Shown here: piece after piece, positions 17,565-24,846 of the stretch
How positions within the stretch are numbered: position 1 is the stretch's first letter
Layout: every line of letters begins with the position of its first letter
From: Formosa sp. Hel1_33_131
Lineage (GTDB): Bacteria; Bacteroidota; Bacteroidia; Flavobacteriales; Flavobacteriaceae
Reading direction: 5' to 3'
Assembly: GCF_001735745.1 (NCBI RefSeq)
Contig: NZ_CP017260.1
Location: 1,470,001-1,502,000 of the forward strand
Length of the DNA stretch: 32,000 nt
The notes under the pieces: generated by a model
The model's input: only the letters and a program-made list of their open reading frames with translations
Databases searched by the model: none
What the model was told of the DNA's origin: nothing
Made by a program: the position numbers and the translations under genes

Positions 17565-19328
17565 ATGAAAAAATATATAATTTACATCGGATTGGTAGTT
17601 GTTGGATTAGTATTGGGCTGGTTTCTTTTTGGAAATTCCTCCAACGAAAAAACAGAACACAATCACTCTGAAATGGCGAAAACAAATCAAATATGGACCT
17701 GTTCTATGCATCCGCAAATTATGCTTCCTGAAGCTGGCGATTGCCCTATTTGTGGGATGGATTTAATTCCAGCTGAAACAACTGCAATGGGATTGTCCGC
17801 AGATCAGTTTAAGTTAACCGATAATGCGATCGCATTGGCAAACATCCAAACTTCTGTGGTTGGAGAATCCGTTATGGAAAACAGTGGCATTAAATTATCA
17901 GGGAAAATTGTAGAAAATGAAGAAGCCAATGCCGTTCAAGTCAGTTATTTTTCGGGAAGAATAGAAAAACTGAATGTAAATTTTACAGGAGAAAAAATAC
18001 GCAAAGGACAATTATTAGCCACCGTTTATTCGCCAGAACTGTATGCCGCTCAGCAAGAATTAATCACAGCAATCTCCTTAAAAGAATCCCAACCAGCCTT
18101 ATATAAAGCGGTACGAAATAAACTAAAATTATGGAAACTTTCCGATAGTCAAATCAATCAAATTGAGACGAGCAGAAAAGTTCAAGAAAATGTACCAATA
18201 TACGCAACAGTGTCGGGGACGGTTTCAAAAAAACTAGTAGAACAAGGCGACTATATAAAACAAGGGCAACCGTTGTTAAAAATTTCCAATCTCAATACGG
18301 TGTGGGCAAATTTTGATGTTTATGAAAATCAAATTGATTTATTTAAAAAAGGTCAAAATATTTCTATAACAACAAACGCCTATCCTAAAAAGAAGTTTAA
18401 AGCGAAGGTTGATTTTATAGATCCCATTTTAGATGCAAACACTCGAACCGTAAAATTAAGAGCTGTTTTAAACAATACAAATAACACTTTTAAACCAGGA
18501 ATGTTTGTGAAAGGGGTCCTTAAAAGAAGGGGGCTTTCTTCAATGAAAATGCTGTTAAAAATTCCTGCTTCAGCTGTTTTATGGACAGGTGTTCGATCGG
18601 TAGTGTATGTGAAATCCACTGCCAATGAACCCGTTTTTGAAATGAAAGAAATTGTATTGGGCACTAAACTCGGAGGTTATTACGAAGTTATAGAGGGGTT
18701 AAATAGTGGAGATGAAATTGTAACCAATGGTACCTTTACAGTGGATGCCGCTGCACAATTGCAAGGCAAAAAATCGATGATGAATAAAGAAGGTGGTAAA
18801 ACAATGACGGGACACGAAGGACATCTTGGGATGATGGAGCCAATGTCCAGTATGGACACTCATTTCAATATGAATGAGAGAATGAAGGTGTCAAAGGAGT
18901 TTCAAAACCAGCTAAAAAAGGTATTTGATCGTTATATCACTTTAAAGAATAGTTTGATAGAAGATAATTCAGAAGAGGTTGTAAAGGACGCTAAAAAATT
19001 ACTTTCAGATTTAAGTAAAGTGGATATGAAATTATTGAATATGGATGCGCACTCTAATTGGATGCCTTTAGAAAAAGCACTTAAAAAGGCCGTAAATTCA
19101 ATTTCAAGTGATATCGTCGCACAAAGAAAGCAATTTAAACAGCTCTCCAAACACTTAACAACTGCGATAGAATTATTTGGAATTAACGCCGAAATATACC
19201 AACAATTTTGTCCTATGGCAGACAACAACAAGGGCGCTCATTGGTTAAGTAAAAAAGAAAAAGTAATCAATCCTTATTTTGGTCAATCCATGCTGAAATG
19301 TGGCGAAGTAAAACAAGTAATCAAATAA
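17565..19328 (+). CDS. Efflux RND periplasmic adaptor (CusB/HlyD-like) with an N-terminal HMBD and a C-terminal DUF3347 domain
   Basis: N-terminal [23 protein letters not shown]. The MFP core shows YSPELYAAQQEL, ATVSGTVSKKLVEQGDYIKQGQPLLKI. The C-terminal DUF3347 signature is QQFCPMADNNKGAHWLSKKEKVINPYFGQSMLKCGE. Confidence 0.88.
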   Translation: MKKYIIYIGLVVVGLVLGWFLFGNSSNEKTEHNHSEMAKTNQIWTCSMHPQIMLPEAGDCPICGMDLIPAETTAMGLSADQFKLTDNAIALANIQTSVVGESVMENSGIKLSGKIVENEEANAVQVSYFSGRIEKLNVNFTGEKIRKGQLLATVYSPELYAAQQELITAISLKESQPALYKAVRNKLKLWKLSDSQINQIETSRKVQENVPIYATVSGTVSKKLVEQGDYIKQGQPLLKISNLNTVWANFDVYENQIDLFKKGQNISITTNAYPKKKFKAKVDFIDPILDANTRTVKLRAVLNNTNNTFKPGMFVKGVLKRRGLSSMKMLLKIPASAVLWTGVRSVVYVKSTANEPVFEMKEIVLGTKLGGYYEVIEGLNSGDEIVTNGTFTVDAAAQLQGKKSMMNKEGGKTMTGHEGHLGMMEPMSSMDTHFNMNERMKVSKEFQNQLKKVFDRYITLKNSLIEDNSEEVVKDAKKLLSDLSKVDMKLLNMDAHSNWMPLEKALKKAVNSISSDIVAQRKQFKQLSKHLTTAIELFGINAEIYQQFCPMADNNKGAHWLSKKEKVINPYFGQSMLKCGEVKQVIK

Positions 19329-19350
19329 ATAATAATTAAATTTTAACACC

Positions 19351-19761
19351 ATGAAAAAAGTAATTTTAAGTTTGGCTGTGATTGCAGCTATCGGATTAAC
19401 TAGCTTTAAAAAAGCAGCGAACAAAGAAGTAGAATCAGTAAAAACTACAGTTGTTTCCAACGAAATGCAAATGACAGACCTTAGTTTTGGCGTGCGAGGC
19501 AACTGCGGGATGTGTAAAAACACCATTGAAAAAGCAGTCAACAGCCTTGAAGGAATTTCAAATGTCAATTGGGACGTTGAAAAAAAGAAAATTGATGTTT
19601 CTTTTGATGAAACAAAAACCAATGAGATGGCAATTCATAATGCCATTGCGGCTTCGGGCTATGACACCGAAAAGGTTGCTGGAAATGAAGACGCCTACAA
19701 AGACTTGCCAGGTTGTTGCCAATATGACCATGAAATGGCAATCAATAAATCAGCGGAGTGA
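19351..19761 (+). CDS. Secreted heavy-metal-associated (HMA) domain protein, probable periplasmic metallochaperone
   Basis: Signal peptide, an HMA fold with variant metal loop GNCGMCKNTIEKAV, and a C-terminal LPGCCQYDH motif. Confidence 0.8.
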   Translation: MKKVILSLAVIAAIGLTSFKKAANKEVESVKTTVVSNEMQMTDLSFGVRGNCGMCKNTIEKAVNSLEGISNVNWDVEKKKIDVSFDETKTNEMAIHNAIAASGYDTEKVAGNEDAYKDLPGCCQYDHEMAINKSAE

Positions 19762-19809
19762 ATTAAGAATCCGATTGCCTCTAAGTATTAATCAGAAGCT
19801 CAGTTACAA

Positions 19810-19838
19810 AGCCTTTACAGAGATATAAGGGCTTTTTT
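19810..19838 (+). terminator. Rho-independent terminator closing the metal cluster
   Basis: agcctttaca-gaga-tataagggct followed by T6; near-duplicate of the tRNA-Asn terminator. Confidence 0.7.
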
Positions 19839-19937
19839 GTGTTTGGATTCCCACGCCTCGTGATGACGAATAAAACCCCCTATTTTAGGAAAGCCTTGTT
19901 TTTTTTCCTATATTTAGAATTCACTAAATCAGATCTT

Positions 19938-20402
19938 ATGCCCATAAAAAGTTTTCAAGGTGCCAGACGGGAACCCTCAAAAGAGGAAGTTAAATCGCTA
20001 AAAGTTAGTGATTATATGACTACAAATTTGATCACATTCACGCCCGACCAATCGATTGAAAGTGTGATGGAATTGTTAATTAAACATCGCATTTCTGGGG
20101 GTCCTGTTGTGAATGCTAAAAAAGAATTGATAGGCATTATTTCGGAAGGGGATTGTATAAAGCAAATCAGTGAAAGTCGCTACTACAATATGCCAATGCA
20201 AGACCAAACGATTGAAAAACACATGGCTAGAAATGTAGATACCATTGATGGAAACATGAATATTTTTGATGCCGCCAATAAATTTTTAGAAGCCAAAAGA
20301 CGTCGATTTCCAATTGTGGAAAACGGCAAGTTAGTTGGGCAGATCAGCCAGAAAGACATATTGAAAGCAGCCATGCAAATGAAAGGACAAAACTGGAAAT
20401 AA
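19938..20402 (+). CDS. CBS domain-containing protein
   Basis: Tandem CBS pair (VSDYMTTNLITF..ISGGPVV; KHMARNVDTI..RRFPIVENGKLVGQISQKDIL). The ATG at 19938 is preferred because the track's GTG start at 19839 abuts the terminator. Confidence 0.8.
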   Translation: MPIKSFQGARREPSKEEVKSLKVSDYMTTNLITFTPDQSIESVMELLIKHRISGGPVVNAKKELIGIISEGDCIKQISESRYYNMPMQDQTIEKHMARNVDTIDGNMNIFDAANKFLEAKRRRFPIVENGKLVGQISQKDILKAAMQMKGQNWK

Positions 20403-20685
20403 TTCCCGGCTGTGTCGTCATTTACCTTCTCTAATTTTACCTAAAACAGTCCTATGTGGAATAGATTTCTTAATGTGTGTAGTTCAATAACGTATGAAGG
20501 CGTGTACTTCGACCTCAAATACAAGCGCAACTCCATTAGAATTCGTTTTCTGTAGAAGACCCTCTTTGTCCATTTTGAAACTTCTAAACCTTAGCAAATA
20601 AGTTGTTTTACATATTAACGTTTTTTACTTTCAAAAAACAATCTATAATATGTATATTTACACTCAAAATTTAAAAAACATAAAA

Positions 20686-21189
20686 ATGAAAAAATCAATA
20701 ATTTTACTGCTTTCACTCGTTATCCTGAGCTGTTCTCAACAACCAAGTCAAGAGTGTCAAACACTGGAAACCGCAAATGTAAATCTTGAAAAAAACATAG
20801 AAATGTATGTTTCGGTATGGGAAACCCTGTTTGAGAAAAGAGATATAGAGCTTATCAATATTGATAGTTTTGACCCTCAAGCAACCGTGGTAACAGCACA
20901 AGGAGACATTGTTGGGATCGATGCGTTTAGAGCCTATTACAATAATTATTTATCAGGATTTTCGGATGCTCAATTTGAAATCGTTGATATATTTGGACAA
21001 GGAGATAAAATGGTTAAACACTGGACGTTTAAAGGTACTCACGATGGTGAAATGTTTGGAATTCCAGCCACTAACAACAAGGTTGACATCAGTGGAACAA
21101 CACTCATTTGGATGAAAGATGGAAAGATATTAAAAGAACAAGATTATTTTGACAACCATTCATTTTTAACTCAGTTAGGATTGCTGTAG
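20686..21189 (+). CDS. SnoaL-like ester cyclase family lipoprotein
   Basis: The preferred start is MKKSIILLLSLVILSC (lipobox). The ester-cyclase-like core is YYNNYLSGFSDAQFEIVDIF..HWTFKGTHDGEMFGIPATNNKVDISGTTL. Confidence 0.7.
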   Translation: MKKSIILLLSLVILSCSQQPSQECQTLETANVNLEKNIEMYVSVWETLFEKRDIELINIDSFDPQATVVTAQGDIVGIDAFRAYYNNYLSGFSDAQFEIVDIFGQGDKMVKHWTFKGTHDGEMFGIPATNNKVDISGTTLIWMKDGKILKEQDYFDNHSFLTQLGLL

Positions 21190-21238
21190 TCAAATTTACC
21201 CAGCTGTGAATCCATTAGATTCAAAAAACAAATTAGAA

Positions 21239-21267
21239 AGCACTTATAGAAATAGAGGTGCTTTTTT
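21239..21267 (+). terminator. Rho-independent terminator
   Basis: agcacttata-gaaa-tagaggtgct (one wobble, one mismatch) followed by T6. Confidence 0.6.
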
Positions 21268-21323
21268 GTTTAATTTATATTACTTTTGTTATGCAATTAT
21301 TATTAACTTAAAACCAATTTAAA

Positions 21324-21848
21324 ATGAAAAAATTAATCTTATTAGGACTGATCACAGTAACGTTTGCGGCTTGCAACACAACACCACAAGTAGAGGTGGC
21401 TCCAAAAGCAATTGGATATGAAATGGGCGATGACGGCGTTAAAATTCCATTGTATAGCGGCGATCTATCAAACGTAGCCATTTGGGAAACCTACATCACT
21501 GCACATAACGAGCGTGATTTGGAAACCATTAGCAGTTTAAATGCAGAAAAAGACTTTAAAGTATATGGACCAACCGGAGTGGTATTTGAAGGGTCAGAGG
21601 CGCATATAGAGTTTTTAACCACTTGGTTTGAGGCTACCAATCCAAAATGGAAAACAAGCTATCTTATTGAAAACGAATTCACCAACAAGAAAGGCGAATT
21701 ACGTCAGTGGGTAACTTCTGGACATGGTGTGACTTTAACAGTCGATGGTGAAGAAGTCAAGCTTGGTCAAGTCCACGATGCACTTATTGTAGACGGAAAA
21801 ATTCAAATGTTTTATGTAACAGAGCGTATCCTTGCAGAAGGTGAATAG
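21324..21848 (+). CDS. NTF2/SnoaL-like lipoprotein, function unknown
   Basis: Lipoprotein signal LITVTFAAC and an NTF2-like pattern (WETYITAHNERDLETISSL..). Confidence 0.55.
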   Translation: MKKLILLGLITVTFAACNTTPQVEVAPKAIGYEMGDDGVKIPLYSGDLSNVAIWETYITAHNERDLETISSLNAEKDFKVYGPTGVVFEGSEAHIEFLTTWFEATNPKWKTSYLIENEFTNKKGELRQWVTSGHGVTLTVDGEEVKLGQVHDALIVDGKIQMFYVTERILAEGE

Positions 21849-21880
21849 TTAAGTAGTTTACAAAATCACATATTATATCT

Positions 21881-22063
21881 GAGGTCGTCTAAAAAGTAGA
21901 AAACCTGTCATTCTGAATTTATTTCAGAATCTCAAAATGTTGAAAATCAATAATTATGAGAAGCTGAAACGAGCCTGCCTAACCGTAGGCAGGTTCAGCT
22001 TGACAAGAAAAAGACTTTTCAGACAGCCTCTTTTGTAAAAATAAATTCAGCTTGACAAGAAAG
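21881..22063. repeat. Cluster of REP-like hairpin modules
   Basis: 21881-21933 is an inverted copy of the tail+hairpin (attctgaa-tttat-ttcagaat). 21961-22035 is hairpin aagctgaa..cctgcct-aaccgt-aggcagg-ttcagctt plus the tail tgacaag..ttttcagacagcctc. 22046-22063 repeats ttcagcttgacaagaaa. Confidence 0.75.
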
Positions 22064-22071
22064 AGGAATTA

Positions 22072-22257
22072 TTACTCTTTATGTGCGCCGTCGCAGAAAG
22101 GCCCATCTTGAGTTTTTCCGCAATTGCACAGTGCAAATCGGTTGCGTTTAGCGATTGGATTTCCTTCGCCATCCAATAAAACGATGTCTTTTGCATTGGT
22201 AACCACAACTTTTCCAGAAGCCGTTACTTGAATAGTGGGTGATGTGTTTTGTTCCAT
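22072..22257 (-). CDS. CDGSH iron-sulfur domain-containing protein
   Basis: 61 aa with CNCGKTQDGPFCDGAHK, matching the CDGSH 2Fe-2S signature. Confidence 0.85.
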   Translation of the reverse strand: MEQNTSPTIQVTASGKVVVTNAKDIVLLDGEGNPIAKRNRFALCNCGKTQDGPFCDGAHKE

Positions 22258-22286
22258 GATATTATAGTTATAAGTTAATTGGTTTT

Positions 22287-23159
22287 TTATGAAAAAATGA
22301 CGGTCTTATTATTATATACCATCACTTTGCGATCCAGATGTAATTTGATTCCCGTTGACAACACTATTTTTTCTAAATCCCGCCCTTTTGAGACCAAATC
22401 AGAAATAGAGTGGGTGTGTGATACGCGCGTCACATCTTGCTCGATAATAGGCCCAGCATCCAACTCTACAGTCACATAATGAGACGTCGCACCAATAATT
22501 TTAACCCCTCTTTTATAGGCAGAATGGTAAGGCTTCGCTCCCACAAACGCAGGAAGAAAGGAGTGGTGTATATTGATGATTTTATGTGGGTATTCATTTA
22601 TGAGTTCCTCAGGAATAATTTGCATATAGCGTGCTAATACAATAAAGTCAATGTTGTGTTTAGACAAAAGGGACAAATGCTTGGCTTCTGCTTCCGGCTT
22701 GTTGTCTTTGGTCACCGGCACATGATAAAAGGGAATCCCAAAACTATCGGCAATGGGCTTTAAATCTAAATGGTTACTGACAATCAAAGGAATTTCTAAA
22801 GCCAATTCTCCCGACTTATAACGTCCTAAAATATCGTACAAACAATGTTCATATTTAGATACAAACAACGCCATTTTTGGGCGATAAGCCGCCGTGTAAA
22901 GTTCCCAACTCATGTCAAATTTAAGAGCAATTTCTTTTTGAAATTCAGCATTAAAATCTGAATTATTATAAGAGGAATCGTCAAACTCTCCTTCCAACCG
23001 CATAAAAAAAACGGACTGTTCTTGATCCACATGCTGATCGATATACACAATGTTTCCGTTTTTGGAAGCTATAAAATTGGTCACCGCCGCAATGATCCCC
23101 GATTGGTCCTTGCAATGGATGAGTATTGTAATCTTTTTCATTTGTTCACTATTAATCAT
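22287..23159 (-). CDS. purU: Formyltetrahydrofolate deformylase
   Basis: N-terminal ACT domain, then a formyltransferase core with INIHHSFLPAF.GAKPYHSAY..GVKIIGATSHYVT..LDAGPII. Confidence 0.92.
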   Translation of the reverse strand: MINSEQMKKITILIHCKDQSGIIAAVTNFIASKNGNIVYIDQHVDQEQSVFFMRLEGEFDDSSYNNSDFNAEFQKEIALKFDMSWELYTAAYRPKMALFVSKYEHCLYDILGRYKSGELALEIPLIVSNHLDLKPIADSFGIPFYHVPVTKDNKPEAEAKHLSLLSKHNIDFIVLARYMQIIPEELINEYPHKIINIHHSFLPAFVGAKPYHSAYKRGVKIIGATSHYVTVELDAGPIIEQDVTRVSHTHSISDLVSKGRDLEKIVLSTGIKLHLDRKVMVYNNKTVIFS

Positions 23160-23270
23160 TCTCTTTGGGCATCTATTTTAACACGCTCAGTTCATAAGTG
23201 TAAATTTAAGCAAAAAATAAAAGAACGAATACAAAAGAGAAGAGAGAATAGAGAAAAGAGAATAGAGAAA

Positions 23271-23512
23271 AGAACCCCGACTAGTCACCCTGAACTTGTT
23301 TCAGGGTCTCAGTTGAAGGAGTTGAGGTGTTTAATTTCAGTTAATTGAGATTCTGAAACAAGTTCAGAATGACAGATTTGCTATTTTCCAGACATCCTCG
23401 ACAATTTTTTTTGAATAGTTTTTGTAGCTCGATCCTCAGAGTCATGATGTAGTTACTGTTTACCTCTCAGAACCCCGACTAGTCACCCTGAGCTTGTTTC
23501 AGGGTCTCAGTG
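23271..23512 (+). repeat. Composite repeat copy A (242 bp) upstream of the GIY-YIG gene
   Basis: Bounded by two copies of agaaccccgactagtcaccctgaacttgtttcagggtctcag (23271, 23469). The internal inverted partner hairpin is at 23350-23370, followed by a conserved tail. Confidence 0.9.
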
Positions 23513-23570
23513 CCATGTTTCTATATTTCCCCAATTTTCTTATATTTATCCACCTTAAACCTAATCTACA

Positions 23571-23876
23571 ATGCCAAAACGTGTATATCATAACTACTGG
23601 GTTTATATTCTAACCAACAAACCAAGAGGCACTTTATATATTGGTGTAACTGGTGGGATAGACGATCGTATGGAGCGTCATATAAAAAAAGAAGGTAGCA
23701 AATTTACTGCGAAGTATAATTTAAAACGATTGGTGTATTATGAAGAGTTTCAATACATATTTGACGCGATCGCCAGAGAAAAACAATTAAAAAATTGGCA
23801 TAGGGAATGGAAAATTAATTTAATAGAAAGTGAAAATCCTGATTGGGCTAATTTGTGGAAGCCCTTAGGGTTTTAA
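23571..23876 (+). CDS. GIY-YIG nuclease family protein (COG2827/UPF0213-like)
   Basis: 101 aa with YWVYILTNKPRGTLYIGVTGGIDDRMERH..., the GIY-YIG core, and REKQLKNW downstream. Confidence 0.85.
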   Translation: MPKRVYHNYWVYILTNKPRGTLYIGVTGGIDDRMERHIKKEGSKFTAKYNLKRLVYYEEFQYIFDAIAREKQLKNWHREWKINLIESENPDWANLWKPLGF

Positions 23877-23884
23877 TTATTAGG

Positions 23885-23942
23885 TTCCGAAACAAGCCTA
23901 CCTTCGGTAGGTAAACTTGCCTGACCGTAGTCAGGTTCGGAA
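23885..23942. repeat. Compound (Y-shaped) hairpin element
   Basis: The outer stem ttccgaa/ttcggaa encloses two inner hairpins, cctacc-ttc-ggtagg and cctgac-cgta-gtcagg. Confidence 0.7.
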
Positions 23943-23980
23943 TGATAAATTTTTCTAAATAGTTTTAGTGGCTCACTCTC

Positions 23981-24213
23981 AGAACCCCGACTTGTCACCC
24001 TGAACTTGTTTCAGGGTCTCAGTTGAAGCATTAAATTTCAGTTAATTGAGATTCTGAAACAAGTTCAGAATGACAGATTTGCTATTTTCCAGACATCCTC
24101 GACAATTTTTTTTGAATAGTTTTTGTGGCTCGATCCTCGGAGTCATGATGTAGTTACTGTTTACCTCTCAGAACCCCGACTAGTCACCCTGAACTTGTTT
24201 CAGGGTCTCAGTG
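23981..24213 (+). repeat. Composite repeat copy B (233 bp) downstream of the GIY-YIG gene, abutting the lrp stop codon
   Basis: Collinear with copy A apart from 4 substitutions and one 9-nt indel. Terminal units are at 23981 and 24170, and the inner hairpin is at 24051-24071. Confidence 0.9.
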
Positions 24214-24675
24214 TTAAATATTATACTCCGTACTATGAAAAATTTCTTTTAAAACAAACGAACTCTCCAAAACGCCAATGTTATCAATCTTAGAAAGTTT
24301 AAGCCTTACAAACTCGTGGTAAGCATCTAAACTCTGAAGGTTGATTTTTAAAAAAAAGTCCACTTTTCCAGCCATGTGATAACACTCTTGCACCTCACTT
24401 AAAGCCCTAATTTGCCGATCAAACGTATCAATAAACCCTTCATCGTGATAACGTAAAGAAACCATACAAATGGCGGTAATGGGTTGGCTTACCAATTTTT
24501 TATCTATTAAAGCAACGTATTTTTTTATGTACTTTTTTTTCTCCAGTCGTCGAATGCGTTCATAAACGGGGGATGCCGTAAGATGGAGTTCTTTGGCAAT
24601 TTCCTTTGTTGTTTTTTTTGAATCTTTTTGTAAAATTCTTAATATTTTGAGATCGACCTCGTCTAGTTTTTCCAT
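24214..24675 (-). CDS. Lrp/AsnC family transcriptional regulator
   Basis: 153 aa with an N-terminal HTH (LDEVDLKILRILQKDSKKTTKEIAKELHLTASPVYERIRRLE) and a C-terminal RAM/AsnC domain. Confidence 0.9.
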   Translation of the reverse strand: MEKLDEVDLKILRILQKDSKKTTKEIAKELHLTASPVYERIRRLEKKKYIKKYVALIDKKLVSQPITAICMVSLRYHDEGFIDTFDRQIRALSEVQECYHMAGKVDFFLKINLQSLDAYHEFVRLKLSKIDNIGVLESSFVLKEIFHSTEYNI

Positions 24676-24815
24676 TGTACAGAAGATATTACTTTAAAAT
24701 TAGTTTAAGACTGTTGTTTAAAGTAAATATAAATACAATTATTATTAATAGAAGTTAAAAACACTTATATTATTATATTTTGAAGATTTTTTAACCATTA
24801 TGTACTCTTAATGTA

Positions 24816-24823
24816 TAGTTTTG
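24816..24823 (+). promoter_or_regulatory. Candidate -7 box (TAGTTTTG) for tdh-kbl
   Basis: TAnnTTTG match 23 nt upstream of the ATG at 24847, in an AT-rich divergent intergenic region shared with lrp. Confidence 0.4.
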
Positions 24824-24846
24824 ATCGGATTCAATTCTGTAATTAG

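Noticed and set aside
19245-19622. 125-aa minus-strand ORF spanning the cusB/HMA junction
   Set aside because: It overlaps two supported plus-strand CDSs, and its Phe/Ser-rich low-complexity translation comes from reading A-rich coding DNA backwards.
9161-19761. Impression that tolC-copA-cusB DNA is more AT-rich than czcA and the flanking core genes
   Set aside because: Spot counts of single 60-nt lines ranged from about 23% to 55% GC in both the cluster and the flanks. I cannot compute windowed GC reliably by eye, so no compositional claim is made.
8481-19801. Metal cluster considered as an active integrative or mobile element
   Set aside because: No integrase, excisionase, transposase or conjugation gene lies between the flanking 37-nt repeats. 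Only the repeat footprint is reported, as a finding.
19487-19828. 113-aa ORF overlapping the HMA gene in another frame
   Set aside because: It lies almost entirely within the well-supported HMA-domain CDS and runs through the terminator. It has no protein-like features.
19839-19937. Longer CBS protein start at GTG 19839
   Set aside because: The extension begins at the base after the terminator T-run and encodes no CBS-related sequence. The ATG at 19938 is more plausible.
23243-23272. Tandem agagaatagagaaa repeat upstream of composite repeat A, considered as a separate regulatory array
   Set aside because: There are only two low-complexity copies, adjacent to the purU promoter region. That is too little signal to distinguish it from slippage.
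23022-23348. 108-aa ORF on the plus strand
   Set aside because: Its 5' part is antisense to purU. Its 3' part is a read-through of low-complexity agagaa repeats and the hairpin unit (…PTSHPELVSGSQ…), so it is a repeat-translation artefact.
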